A DNA stretch of 64,000 nt. It comes from an uncultured Clostridia bacterium. Lineage in GTDB: Bacteria; Bacillota; Clostridia; TANB77; CAG-508. The notes beneath the pieces were generated by a model, which was not told the origin of the DNA, did no database searches, and was given only the letters and a program-made list of their open reading frames with translations. Location: the NCBI GenBank assembly GCA_944388605.1, contig CALXJJ010000003.1:3091-67090 (forward strand), written 5' to 3'. A program made the position numbers and the translations under genes. Below, in pieces: positions 38,948 through 48,494 of this stretch. Every line of letters begins with the position of its first letter. Position 1 is the first letter of the stretch.

Positions 38948-39182
38948 ATGTTTTCATCCTTTCTTCTTTATACTATGCTATTTTATCACAATGAGAAAAA
39001 TATATCAAGTTTTATTAGATTTTATGCATAAGTATTTTAAATTGTTAATATACATTAATAAAGTTTATTGTACAAACGTATTCTCAAACTTAGTTAGAAT
39101 TGGAGGTTTTTATAGTGTGAAAATAAAATAGAAATACTTAATAATTTTTTATAAGAGCTAAAAATCGCTCGAGGAGGTTAAA

Positions 39183-40664
39183 ATGGAGGAAAATTTAAAA
39201 TTATATCAAGATATAGCTAATCGTACTGATGGTGACATTTATGTTGGAGTTGTTGGTCCTGTCAGAACTGGTAAATCTACTTTTATTAAAAGATTCATGG
39301 ATTTATTAGTAATTCCTAATATTGACAATGAATTTAAAAAGCAAAGGGCTTTGGATGAATTACCTCAAAGTGCGTCAGGTAGAACAATAATGACAACAGA
39401 ACCTAAATTCATCCCTAATGAAGCTGTAGAAATTACAGTTGGTAATAATATAAAGTTAAAAACAAGAATGGTTGATTGTGTTGGATATTTAGTAAATAAT
39501 GCTATAGGATATTTAGAAAATGATATGCCTAGAATGGTAAAAACTCCTTGGTCAGATGAAGAAATTCCTTTTGAAAAAGCTGCTGAAATTGGCACTAAAA
39601 AAGTAATAGAAGAACATTCTACAATTGGAATTTTAATAACAACTGATGGTAGCATTACAGATATTCCTAGAGAAGATTACATAGAAGCTGAGGAAAGAGT
39701 TGTAAGAGAACTAAAAGAAATAAATAAACCTTTTATAATTCTATTAAATTCTAATAATCCTTCTTCTGAATATACAAGAGCATTATCAATAAAGTTGGAA
39801 GAAAAATATCAAACTTCAGTTATTGCTACTGATTGCTCTAATTTAACAATAGAAGATATCAATTCAATATTTTCTAAAATACTATATGAATTTCCTATTG
39901 AAAGAGTTAATATAAAATTACCAAAATGGGTTGATGCTCTTTCAAATGAGCATTGGTTGAAACAAGAAATATTTACAGAAATAAAAAATGCATTTAATGA
40001 TATTAAAATCTTAAAACAAGTAGATAATGCAATAGATCTATTGCAAAAAACAGAAGTTATTGAAAGATCTATATTAGATGAAATTATTTTAGGAAGTGGA
40101 TTTGTTAATATTTCTATAGAATTAATTGATACTTTATTCTATAAAGTATTAACAGAAATTTCTGGAGTTGAAGTAACTAATGAAGGAGATTTATTCTCTA
40201 CTATAACTTCTTTGGCACAAACTAAAAAAGAGTATGATAAAATATCATATGCATTAAATCAAGCAAAATCTGTAGGCTATGGAATTGTTACTCCTTCTAT
40301 GGATGAATTGATATTAGATGAACCAGAAATGGTAAAACAAGGAACTCGCTATGGAGTAAAATTAAAGGCTCGTGCTCCAAGTTTACACATTATTAAAGCA
40401 GATATTGAAACTGAAGTCTCTCCTATTGTAGGTTCAGAAAAGCAATCTGAAGAATTAGTTAATTATTTACTTTCTGAGTTTGAAAGTGATCCTAAAAAGA
40501 TCTGGGAATCAAACATATTTGGAAAAAGTTTGCATGAATTAGTAAATGAAGGTCTTCAAAATAAATTATGTAAAATGCCAGAAGATGCACAATATAAATT
40601 GCAAGAAACATTAGAAAGAATTGTAAATGAAGGTAGTGGTGGCTTAATCTGTATAATACTTTAA
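39183..40664 (+). CDS. spoIVA: Stage IV sporulation protein A (spore coat basement-layer ATPase)
   Basis: IYQDIANRTDGDIYVGVVGPVRTGKSTFIKRFMDLLVIPNI, with the conserved C-terminus GSGGLICIIL. Confidence 0.95.
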   Translation: MEENLKLYQDIANRTDGDIYVGVVGPVRTGKSTFIKRFMDLLVIPNIDNEFKKQRALDELPQSASGRTIMTTEPKFIPNEAVEITVGNNIKLKTRMVDCVGYLVNNAIGYLENDMPRMVKTPWSDEEIPFEKAAEIGTKKVIEEHSTIGILITTDGSITDIPREDYIEAEERVVRELKEINKPFIILLNSNNPSSEYTRALSIKLEEKYQTSVIATDCSNLTIEDINSIFSKILYEFPIERVNIKLPKWVDALSNEHWLKQEIFTEIKNAFNDIKILKQVDNAIDLLQKTEVIERSILDEIILGSGFVNISIELIDTLFYKVLTEISGVEVTNEGDLFSTITSLAQTKKEYDKISYALNQAKSVGYGIVTPSMDELILDEPEMVKQGTRYGVKLKARAPSLHIIKADIETEVSPIVGSEKQSEELVNYLLSEFESDPKKIWESNIFGKSLHELVNEGLQNKLCKMPEDAQYKLQETLERIVNEGSGGLICIIL

Positions 40665-40733
40665 TCATTAAATTTCGCTCCTTAAATAACTTCTCACTAT
40701 TCTTATGGTTTAAGTTTTCTCTTTTAATTTTAT

Positions 40734-40780
40734 AATAGTAAAATAAATCTCAATTTGCAAGATTTATTTTACTATTTTTG
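40734..40780 (+). terminator. Intrinsic terminator after spoIVA
   Basis: A 17-bp stem, AATAGTAAAATAAATCT / AGATTTATTTTACTATT, followed by TTTGT. Confidence 0.6.
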
Positions 40781-40830
40781 TATATTTTTTCTTTTTACGG
40801 GAAAAATTATTTTAAAAGGAGATTTATACT

Positions 40831-42559
40831 ATGAATATAAAAAACTTTTTAAAACAAGTATTCTATCCCCAGGATTCTAAAGATTATGATTTTACTTTAC
40901 CAGAAACAACAAATCCTAGGCAAAATTTAGAAATTGATGATGAAAAAGTCAAAACAAATTATGATTCTCAAAGTGTTGATGAAGATATCTACAAAAATAC
41001 ACAAGAAATATTTCCAAGTGTAGATGTAAATTATGAATATATTAAAGTAAAATACAACACATTAATAAATAGTGATATTGTAACTAGAAAGTTTATTTTA
41101 AATATAAGGAACAAACAATATAAAGCTTTTATACTATACATCGACGGTATGGTTAATACTACAACTATTAATGATTTTATTCTAAAACCACTAATGCTTA
41201 AAAATTCTTCTAATAGCTTTGATGGTGAACAAAACAGAGTAGTTTCTGAAGCAATTAGTAATAATATAACTGTTCGCAGAATAAAAAAATTTGATATATC
41301 TGAATATGTCTCAAATTGTTTAATACCTCAAAACAATGTTACTGAATGTAAAGATTTTCAAAAAGCTATATCTGGTACAAATTCTGGTGATTGTATTCTT
41401 TTTATAGATACACTTAATATTGCATTTGATATTGAAGTAAAAGGTTTTGAAAAAAGGTCTCTTGGCGAACCTAACAATGAAATTGTAGTACGTGGTGCTC
41501 AAGTAGCTTTTACAGAAACAATTCGTACTAATACTTCTCTTTTAAGAAGATTTGTAAATAATGAAAATTTAATTATAGAAAATGTAGATGTTGGTAAAAT
41601 TAGTAAAACAAAATGTGCTATTTGTTATATTAAAAATATTGCAAATTCAGATTTAGTAGCAGAAGTAAAGTATAGAATTAATAATCTTAATATAGATTAT
41701 TTAATTTCTTCTGGTAAACTAGAACAATTAATTGAAGATAAAAATTCTACACTTCCACAATTAATAGCAACTGAAAGACCTGATAAAGCTACAAATTATC
41801 TAATAGAAGGTCGTGTTGTTATAATAGTAAATGGTAGTCCATATGTCTTAATTGCTCCAGCTGTGTTTACAGATTTTTTAAATTCACCTGAAGATCTTAA
41901 TTTAAAATATCAGTTTTCTAATTTGTTAAAATTTATTAGAATTATAGCTTTTATATTAACTCTATTATTACCTGGTATATATATTGCAATTACAAACTTT
42001 CACCAAGAATTTATACCTACAGAATTATTATTTGCTATTGTTGCTTCAAGAGAAGCAGTACCATTTCCTATAATATTTGAAATTTTTCTTATGGAATTTT
42101 CTTTTGAATTAATAAGAGAGGCAGGACTTAGAGTTCCATCACCTATAGGTCCTACTGTTCGGAATTGTTGGTGCTCTAATTTTAGGACAAGCAGCAGTGG
42201 AAGCAACAATTGTTAGTCCTATACTAATAATTATTGTCGCTATAACAGGAATAGCATCATTTGCTATACCAGACTTTTCATTGAGTTTTCATGCAAGAAT
42301 CTCTAGATTTATTTATATTATTTTTGGTTATATTGGTGGATTTTTGGGAATTGGAACAGCTATATGTATTCACATATTTATTTTAGCCAATATGAAGTCA
42401 TTTGGTGTAGAATATCTCTCTCCTTATTTTTCTAAAGCAAATAGTCTTAATAAAGGTATGATATTATCTCCTATATGGAAAAGACAATTCAGAGCTAATT
42501 TTTTGAATACAAAACGTAAAGAAAAACAAGATGATATTAGTATGAAATGGAAAGCATAA
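40831..42559 (+). pseudogene. gerAA: Spore germination protein, GerAA family, interrupted by a +1 frameshift at 42160
   Basis: Track ORFs 40831..42216 and 42197..42559 are the two halves. ...EAGLRVPSPIGPTV then continues out of frame. Removing C42160 restores [38 protein letters not shown], the conserved GerA core. Confidence 0.75.
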
Positions 42560-42584
42560 TTTTTAAGAAAGGATCGATTTTTTC

Positions 42585-43688
42585 ATGAATTATTCCAAAA
42601 TTGGTACTTTAGAAGCTATTGGTATTGTTTTTATAGTATTATGTAATCATTTAGTTTTAAATATGCCTCAAAGCATTATAAGTTCAACAGGTTCTGCTTC
42701 TATATTAAATATAGCATATGTATTTTTATTAGCTCTTTTATTTATATTATTAGTAATTAAACTTTTTAAAAATTTTTCTACTTATGACATTATAGATGTT
42801 TCTGAATTTTTAGGTGGAAAATTTTTAAAAGTACTAATATCTATTATTATATTATTATATTTTATACTTACATCTTCTACTCTAATTAGAAACTTTAGTG
42901 AAGGACTAAAAATAATATATTTTACTAACTATCCTATTTATGCTATATTATTATTTTTTATAGTCTCTGCTACAATATGTAACTATTTTGGTAGTAAAAC
43001 TGTTATAAGAGCTAATTTGCTTATTATTCCAATTATTTTTATAAGTTTATTGTTAGTGTTTATCGCTTCTTTTAATAATATTATACCACAGAGGGCACTA
43101 CCAATTCTAGGATATGGTAGCTATGAAACTTTTATACAGGGTATATCTAACATATTTTCTTTTAATGGCTTATTTTACTTATTTTTTATACTCCCTATGC
43201 TTGACAAAAAAGAAAATTTTTCAAAAATATCTCTAATTTCTATTATAATTATAGGAGCAATAATATTAATTTGTATAACTTGCCTACTATTAGCATTTCC
43301 TTTTATAACTAGTTTTAAAGAACTCTCACCATTATATTTAACTATAAGATATACTCATTTTGGAGATTTTTTTCAAAGACCTGAATCTTTATTCATATTA
43401 ACATGGATAATTTCAATGATATCATATATAAGTGTATCATTAATGTTTTCGATAAAAATATTTAAAAAATTAACTAATATAGAACATGAAAAATATATGA
43501 TATTACCTTTTAGTGCTATTTTATTTATTTTTTCTTTAGCTCCAAAAGGTATGGCTGAAATTAGCTTTTTAGAAAATACAGTATATAAATGGTTAACGAT
43601 TTTTATTACTTTTGTTTTGTTTTTATTTATTTTAATATTTGCAAATATCAAATATAGAAGAAAAAAATCTAAGGAGGCTCAAACTTAA
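42585..43688 (+). CDS. gerAB: Spore germination protein, GerAB family (spore permease)
   Basis: 367-aa polytopic protein of about 10 TM helices. Second position in the A-B-C receptor operon. Confidence 0.85.
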   Translation: MNYSKIGTLEAIGIVFIVLCNHLVLNMPQSIISSTGSASILNIAYVFLLALLFILLVIKLFKNFSTYDIIDVSEFLGGKFLKVLISIIILLYFILTSSTLIRNFSEGLKIIYFTNYPIYAILLFFIVSATICNYFGSKTVIRANLLIIPIIFISLLLVFIASFNNIIPQRALPILGYGSYETFIQGISNIFSFNGLFYLFFILPMLDKKENFSKISLISIIIIGAIILICITCLLLAFPFITSFKELSPLYLTIRYTHFGDFFQRPESLFILTWIISMISYISVSLMFSIKIFKKLTNIEHEKYMILPFSAILFIFSLAPKGMAEISFLENTVYKWLTIFITFVLFLFILIFANIKYRRKKSKEAQT

Positions 43689-43689
43689 T

Positions 43690-44988
43690 ATGCAAACTTT
43701 TAAAAAAATTTTAGTATCTATTATATTATTACTTTTGTTTATATTTATTTTTACTAATCCATATTTAAGTTTTCATAATATAGATAGCTTAGCATATGTA
43801 GTTGCACTTGGTTTAGACGTAGGAGAAACTAATAATCTTAAATTAAGTTTACAATTATATAAGCCTACTGAATCTTCTGGTAGTTCGAGTGGTTCTTCTC
43901 AAAGTTCAAATTCGTTAATAAATTCTGTTGATTGTTCATCTATTAGTTCTGGTATTAATTTATTTAATAGTTATATTAGTAAACAAATATCGCTTTCTCA
44001 TTGTAAAGTCATAGTAATCTCTGAAGAATTAGCAAAACAAGGTATTTCGAAATATCTATATACTCTTGTAAATAATGTGCAAATTGGTTCAGATTGTAAT
44101 ATAATAATTTCTAAATCTGATTCATATTCATTTTTAGAAAATTCAAAACCTACAGTTGAAAAATTGATTGCTAGATATTATGAGTCTGCTCCTATGTCTA
44201 GCTTATATACGGGTTTTACAGAAGATGTTACACTTGGAGATTTCTTTTCAGATTATACTGATTCTTTTAAACAACCTCACGCAATCCTAGGTTCTATAAA
44301 CACTTCTCAAACTCAAGATAATGTAACATCTTCTAATAATGCTAAAACAAATACTAGTTCTTCTACCGCTTCTATTACTGATAACACCAATTATGAAAAT
44401 GACAATAAAGATAGTGATTATATTGCCGGTGAAACACCTATAACCTCTGAAAATAATATAGAAAGCATGGGACTTGCGGTTTTTTACTCAGATAAACTTG
44501 TTGGTGAATTAAATGCTCTCGAAACATTATGTCATATGATAGTAGTAAATAAAATTCAAACAGCAGAAATTCAGATTTCTAGCCCTGTTAACCTTAATGA
44601 AAAAATAGATATCTCTTTAAAACAAAATCTTGCTCCTAAAATATCTTTAAAAATCATTAATAATACTCCATATATTAAAATAAATCTTAATATTAATGCC
44701 CGAATACGATCTATGGATGAAAACTCTGAACATTTAAATGAAGACAATATTTTAAAAATAGAAGAATCGGTTAATAAATATTTAGAAGAAAACATTTCTG
44801 CTTACTTGTATAAAACAGCTAAGCAATTTAATTCAGATATTGTTGGCTTTGGCAAATATGCTGTTGGATATTTTAAAACACTAGATGAATGGCAAGATTA
44901 TAATTGGCTATACAATTATAGAAATTCATTTTTTGATGTAACAGTAAACTCTGATATTAAGTCTACTTATCTTTTAATGGATAATTAA
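43690..44988 (+). CDS. gerAC: Spore germination protein, GerAC family, with no lipobox cysteine
   Basis: The ATG at 43690 follows AAGGAGG. Sequence MQTFKKILVSIILLLLFIFIFTNPYLSFHNIDSLAYVVALGLDVGE, matching the GerC pattern ...AxGxD. It contains Ser/Thr/Asn-rich inserts. Confidence 0.8.
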   Translation: MQTFKKILVSIILLLLFIFIFTNPYLSFHNIDSLAYVVALGLDVGETNNLKLSLQLYKPTESSGSSSGSSQSSNSLINSVDCSSISSGINLFNSYISKQISLSHCKVIVISEELAKQGISKYLYTLVNNVQIGSDCNIIISKSDSYSFLENSKPTVEKLIARYYESAPMSSLYTGFTEDVTLGDFFSDYTDSFKQPHAILGSINTSQTQDNVTSSNNAKTNTSSSTASITDNTNYENDNKDSDYIAGETPITSENNIESMGLAVFYSDKLVGELNALETLCHMIVVNKIQTAEIQISSPVNLNEKIDISLKQNLAPKISLKIINNTPYIKINLNINARIRSMDENSEHLNEDNILKIEESVNKYLEENISAYLYKTAKQFNSDIVGFGKYAVGYFKTLDEWQDYNWLYNYRNSFFDVTVNSDIKSTYLLMDN

Positions 44989-45002
44989 TTTATTCTTTTT
45001 TA

Positions 45003-45163
45003 TTGAATAGGAAAAATCGAATTTTTCTTATTCAACAAAAAACAACATTGCGCAGAAAAATTGCTATGCAATTTTTCTGTGTCGACAAATCTTTACTCTT
45101 CTTCGAGAACTTAAATATATATAGTGTTAAGTTAGAAAAGTCCTCGCGAAGCGAGATTTGTCC
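45003..45163 (+). repeat. About 165-bp multi-hairpin repeat, copy B
   Basis: TTGAATAGGAAAAATCGAATTTTTCTTATTCAA hairpin, CAGAAAAATTGC-TAT-GCAATTTTTCTG hairpin, and GACAAATCT...AGATTTGTC outer stem. It is the inverted partner of 23620-23790. Confidence 0.85.
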
Positions 45164-45214
45164 ATTTCAAATACATGTCATTATATAAATTCTTTTATGA
45201 AAGGAAAATTTTTT

Positions 45215-45379
45215 ATGAAAACTATAATATTCATTTTATCTTTATATATTTTTTTACAAACCTCTATATATGGAATTTATGAAATAAAACAAAATAAAAA
45301 AAAGCTAGTTGGAGCAGTTATTATAATAATATCAACTATTTGCTTATTTGCTCCAACTATACTTTTACAATTTAGATAA
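45215..45379 (+). CDS. Hypothetical 54-aa two-TM peptide
   Basis: MKTIIFILSLYIFLQTSIYGIYEIKQNKKKLVGAVIIIISTICLFAPTILLQFR. A-rich upstream region with AAAGGAAAA. No homology recognised. Confidence 0.35.
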   Translation: MKTIIFILSLYIFLQTSIYGIYEIKQNKKKLVGAVIIIISTICLFAPTILLQFR

Positions 45380-45415
45380 TATTATTAATTTATAGCAATT
45401 ATACAGACCCTAGAT

Positions 45416-45979
45416 TTATTTTAATGAAATACCTCTTTTTGCTACAATTTTATCTGCTACCATGTATTTGTCTCCTGCATAAAGTAAAGTTTCTACATTA
45501 GAAAAATCTATTAGTTTATTTCCATTATTTAATATATTTATATAATTATCATCACAATGTACACTTACTACTTCTCCTATAAACATATCATGTGAACCTA
45601 AATCTCTAATTTCTTTTACTCTACACTCTAAATTTATTGGGCACTCTTTTATTAAAGGTGCCTTTATTTCATTTGATTTTTCTTTTGTTAAACCTGCTTC
45701 CTTAAATTTATCAATATCTTTTCCTGTTTTCGTTCCACAGAAATCGACTTGCCATACTAAATTTTTATTTGGTATATTTACTGCGAACTCACCTGTTTCT
45801 TTTATTATATTATATGAATATCTATTTTTTCTAATAGACACATAAACAGTTGGTGGTTCTGAACTTGCAATCCCAGTCCATGCTATTGTAATAATATTAG
45901 ATTTTTCTTCATTCCCACAAGATACCATTACAACTGGTACAGGTGCCATACTTGTATTTGGATTTAATATTTCTTTCAT
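45416..45979 (-). CDS. Flavin reductase-like (FMN-binding split barrel) protein
   Basis: PVPVVMVSCG...NIITIAWTG...SIRKNRYSYNIIKETGEFAVNIP. Confidence 0.8.
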   Translation of the reverse strand: MKEILNPNTSMAPVPVVMVSCGNEEKSNIITIAWTGIASSEPPTVYVSIRKNRYSYNIIKETGEFAVNIPNKNLVWQVDFCGTKTGKDIDKFKEAGLTKEKSNEIKAPLIKECPINLECRVKEIRDLGSHDMFIGEVVSVHCDDNYINILNNGNKLIDFSNVETLLYAGDKYMVADKIVAKRGISLK

Positions 45980-46002
45980 TGTTTATTCCTCCTTAATTAA
46001 TT

Positions 46003-47916
46003 TTATTCACAATATGCAAAGTCTATTCTTCTTGTTTCTTTATCTGCACTAATAACTTTTATTTTCATTTTATCTCCCATTTTATATATTTTATTAGATC
46101 TTTCTCCAATTAGTTGTTTTCTTTCATCATCATATAAAAAGTATTCATTACCTAGATTTTCAAACCTTACTAACCCTTCTACCGTATTTTCCAATTGTAC
46201 AAATATACCAAATTGTGTAACTCCAGATATAATTCCTTCATACTCTTCTCCTATTTTTGTAGACATATATTCTGCTTTCTTTATATCTTCACTATCCCTT
46301 TCTACCTTCTGAGCTACTTTTTCTCTTTCAGATGATGTTTGTGCATATTTAGTTGCTTGATCATAATACTTTTCTAATTTATCTACTTTATAATTATTTT
46401 CTAAATACTTTGATATAATTCTATGTATAAAAAGGTCTGGATATCTACGTATAGGAGATGTAAAATGGCAATAATATTTACTAGCTATACCAAAATGTCC
46501 CTTATTTTCACTCTCATATCTTGCAACTTTTAAAGTTCTTAATATTAAATTAGATACAATCATTTCTTCTTGCTTTCCTTTTACGTCTTTCAAAACTTTT
46601 GCAAATTCTGTTGGATAAACCTTTTCGTTTACTATTTTTATTTTGTATCCAAAATTATATAAAAATTTATTAAGTTCTTTTATTTTATCTATATCTGGTA
46701 CTTCATGTACACGATATATAAATGGAGCATGCAACCAATAAAATTTTTCTGCTATTGTTTCATTTGCTATTAACATAAATTGCTCTATTATTTCATTTGC
46801 AAAATTAAGTTCATATTTTTTTACATCTACTGCTATTCCGTTTTTATTTAAAATTATTTTACTTTCTGGAATATCTAAATTTAAGCTTCCTGATTTATCT
46901 CTTCTTTCTTTTAGTATATTTGCCAATTCAGCCATTAATTTAAAGTGATTAACATATTCCTTATTTTCTTCCACAGATTTTTCGTCATTTTCTAATATAG
47001 CATATACTTCATTATAGCTCATTCTTTTTGTCACATTTATAATACTTTTTTTTACTTCAGATGAAACTACTCTTCCTTTTTTATCTATCTCCATTATGAC
47101 AGAAATAGTAAGTCTATCTTCTCCTACATTCAAACTACATATTCCATTTGAGAGCTCTCTTGGAAGCATTGGAATTACCCTATCCATCATATATATACTT
47201 GTTCCTCTTAATCTTGCTTCTTTATCAAGTTTTGAATTTTCTGCTACATAATAACTAACATCTGCTATATGAACACCCAAGTAATAATTTCCATTTTTTA
47301 ATTTTCTCACACAAACTGCATCATCTAAATCTTTAGCATCTTCCCCGTCAATCGTAAAAATTTGTTCATTTCTTAAATCAAGTCTATTAGGTATATCTTT
47401 TTTATCTATTTTACTTACAATCTGTGCTTCTTTTACAACAGGCTCTGGAAATGTGTATGGAAGCTTGTACTCTTTTATTAAAGATAACATATCAACTCCA
47501 GCCTCATTTACATTCCCAATAACCTCTATTACTTTTCCTTCTGCATTTTTATTTTTTTCTGGATATTTTAATATTTTAACTAAAACTTTACTATTATTTC
47601 TTGCTTTACCAAAATTCTTTTTAGATATAAATATATCAGTTCCAAATTTCCTATCATCTGGTACAACAAATCCAAAATTATTATTTTTTGTAAATGTTCC
47701 CACTATAGTGTCTCTTTCACGTTTTAATACTTTCTTTATTTTGCCTTCTCTATGTAGATCATTTTTTACATTTAAAATTTCTATTAATACTCTATCTCCA
47801 TTTAAAGAGTTCATCGTATTTTCTTTAGAAATATATATTTCTTCATCTGATTCCTCTAGCTTAACAAATCCAAACCCTTTTTCTGAACCTCTAAATATCC
47901 CAATATTATTTTTCAT
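46003..47916 (-). CDS. rnr: Ribonuclease R
   Basis: N-terminal cold-shock-like GFGFV, an RNB domain (FTIDGEDAKDLDDAV...HFGIASKYYCHFTSPIRRYPDL) and a C-terminal S1 domain. Confidence 0.92.
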   Translation of the reverse strand: MKNNIGIFRGSEKGFGFVKLEESDEEIYISKENTMNSLNGDRVLIEILNVKNDLHREGKIKKVLKRERDTIVGTFTKNNNFGFVVPDDRKFGTDIFISKKNFGKARNNSKVLVKILKYPEKNKNAEGKVIEVIGNVNEAGVDMLSLIKEYKLPYTFPEPVVKEAQIVSKIDKKDIPNRLDLRNEQIFTIDGEDAKDLDDAVCVRKLKNGNYYLGVHIADVSYYVAENSKLDKEARLRGTSIYMMDRVIPMLPRELSNGICSLNVGEDRLTISVIMEIDKKGRVVSSEVKKSIINVTKRMSYNEVYAILENDEKSVEENKEYVNHFKLMAELANILKERRDKSGSLNLDIPESKIILNKNGIAVDVKKYELNFANEIIEQFMLIANETIAEKFYWLHAPFIYRVHEVPDIDKIKELNKFLYNFGYKIKIVNEKVYPTEFAKVLKDVKGKQEEMIVSNLILRTLKVARYESENKGHFGIASKYYCHFTSPIRRYPDLFIHRIISKYLENNYKVDKLEKYYDQATKYAQTSSEREKVAQKVERDSEDIKKAEYMSTKIGEEYEGIISGVTQFGIFVQLENTVEGLVRFENLGNEYFLYDDERKQLIGERSNKIYKMGDKMKIKVISADKETRRIDFAYCE

Positions 47917-47983
47917 ATTATCACACCCTATAATTGGTCAAATTTTAAAAAGCACTATCTCCATATGATTAGTGCTTCTTCAT

Positions 47984-48232
47984 CTATATTACATATAATA
48001 TACTTAGTGCTATAGCTAATACTACAAAAACTATTCCTAGAATAATAGTCCATCTTTTCATTTTGCCTTCTTTTGTTCTACCTTTATTTTTTTCATAAAA
48101 ATTATTTGTTGTAGAGCCTGTAATTGCTGCTGAAGCTCCAGATTGCTCTTTACTTTGTAATGTAGCTATAATTATTAGTGCAACACATACAATAAGGTAT
48201 ATTACCCATATAATATTTTTTGCTATTTCCAT
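47984..48232 (-). CDS. secG: Preprotein translocase subunit SecG
   Basis: The ATG at 48232 follows GGAGGT. It has two TM helices flanking the loop LQSKEQSGASAAITGS. Shows the secG-rnr synteny typical of Firmicutes. Confidence 0.8.
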   Translation of the reverse strand: MEIAKNIIWVIYLIVCVALIIIATLQSKEQSGASAAITGSTTNNFYEKNKGRTKEGKMKRWTIILGIVFVVLAIALSILYVI

Positions 48233-48494
48233 TTTTACCTCCATTCGAGCCTTTTTGCTCTAACAAAAATTTGCTAGATATCTTCTTACCGCAATTATTG
48301 TACCACATATACCAAAAAAAAGCAAATAAATTTTACAATTTTGTTTAATATATAGTCTCTTATAATCGTATATTACTTGATCGGTATAATACAATATTAT
48401 TGGTATAAAATTATTCCTTTGTTACATATTATAACATATTTTTCTTGAAACTTCCCCATTGACAATATATGATATAATTTATTAGGTGATATTA

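Noticed and set aside
38948-39182. I looked for a sigma-E type promoter for spoIVA (GCATAAG...N...TATACATT) and noted a 47-codon ORF at 38990-39131.
   Set aside because: The promoter match is weak in AT-rich DNA and cannot be supported without data. The ORF lacks an RBS and any recognisable family.
45003-45188. A 61-aa ORF (MNRKNRIFLIQQ...).
   Set aside because: It lies entirely inside repeat copy B. The inverted copy A does not preserve the frame because of indels, so it is not coding.
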